From Antedon mediterranea (lineage: Eukaryota > Animalia > Echinodermata): DNA of 64,000 nucleotides. Below are positions 62,950-64,000 of this stretch, in pieces; position 1 is the first letter of the stretch, and every line of letters starts with the position of its first letter. Both the position numbers and the translations under genes were made by a program. The notes under the pieces were generated by a model that did no database searches, was not told the origin of the DNA, and saw only the letters and a program-made list of their open reading frames with translations. The stretch lies in NCBI RefSeq assembly GCF_964355755.1, contig NC_092672.1:14632001-14696000 (forward strand), written 5' to 3'.

Positions 62950-63143
62950 TCTATATATAAATTTACGTAAGGGCAAAATTCGGTAAATCGCGCGTTATTT
63001 CTAGAATTTTACTCGATGGTATATAAAGTAGGTTCGTACTTTCGGTACTGATTTTAACCACCTGATGTAACCCTGTTTACTAATTAAATTGAGTTCGATA
63101 ATTAGTTATTGACGATTAAAACGAATTTAGGTTCAACGATTTG
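62950..63143 (+). mobile_element. Helitron 5' end, inverted near-identical copy of 52480-52672; probably extends to the right
   Basis: A|TCTATATATAAATTTAC...; about 190 bp shared with the intronic Helitron. Confidence 0.8.
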
Positions 63144-64000
63144 CCCCAAATAGGGATGTTTTTCGATCGTGGTATACACTGTCTAATGGATGTCCGTCTT
63201 GAAAAATACCCGCAGACAATAATACGAGGATGCTTCGCATTTTCCTATCTCCTCCTACGATAATTGATTTTAATGGCTGAAAACCGGTTGAACAGCTCGA
63301 GTACAGCATCATAATGTTGAAGACAGGCCGATTTTCTTTAAAAAAATACTATTTTGATAGATTTAATATACGTTTATACAAATGTATTGATTTGCGATGA
63401 ATGGAACATTCCAATCTCTGTGTCGTTCCACAAGTGTCTATTCCCTCAGGCGTCGTAAAGGAAAGTACTGTATACTCATAACAGAAATTCGATCCATTTT
63501 TTTTTCAATCTGTGCTGCAGAGGTTGGATATAATTTTTTTTAAACGGATAATGAGCTAGCGTTTTCAGTCGCCGTAATTTAATATTTATTACCGATTAAA
63601 TCGAATTTATGATTTGCCCCGAATAGAGGTGGTTTTCACAAATTGTTTAACATTATATATAAAACATACGTCGTAGTGTATCGTTACATGTACTGTACTA
63701 TTTCAATCGACTACGACGGTGATAGTTTCAACAAAGTATTACATCGCAATGTTTTACTGTGTTTAGTGGTATATTATTTGTAAAACATGTTAATTAATAT
63801 TTCGTTACAAAATAAAGAATATATTTAAAAATTGTTCCTCTTTGCACCCATCCTCTTCCCCATCCCTCAACCATGTTACATACAAAACACAAATTAATTT
63901 TGTTTAAATTTGACTTAAACAATTGGTCTCATTTTGTGACAAGTTTCTCTTTCGGAAGTAATTCCCAGTGTGCTAATTTTAGTTGAGTACATAAATCACA

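Overview
AT-rich animal genomic DNA; the repeat content and intron style suggest a marine invertebrate deuterostome, possibly an echinoderm (inference). It holds two intact, divergently transcribed spliced genes that I reconstructed by hand. On the - strand is EXOSC10/RRP6 (nuclear exosome DEDD-Y exonuclease): ATG at 34048, 20 complete coding exons plus the start of a 21st that runs off the left edge. On the + strand is M6PR, the cation-dependent-type mannose-6-phosphate receptor (MPR46): 6 coding exons, 41746-58023, 260 aa. Introns and intergenic DNA are full of repeats: several CR1/L2/Rex-type LINE fragments, tRNA-derived SINEs, Helitron and Helentron-like pieces, a decayed DIRS retrotransposon, MITEs with clear TIR/TSD signatures and five homogeneous minisatellite arrays. 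The 27-bp array produces the four ~950-1000 aa ORFs in the track, which are artefacts. There is no CRISPR array or prokaryotic system. The most interesting signals are an inverted SINE pair tightly bracketing an in-frame 429-nt block of catalytic EXOSC10 exons (candidate circRNA or skipping switch), a receptor lacking the cation-binding Asp and two tail modification sites, P-element-like excision footprints, and a minisatellite whose origin can be read from its flank. None of these is a proven new system.
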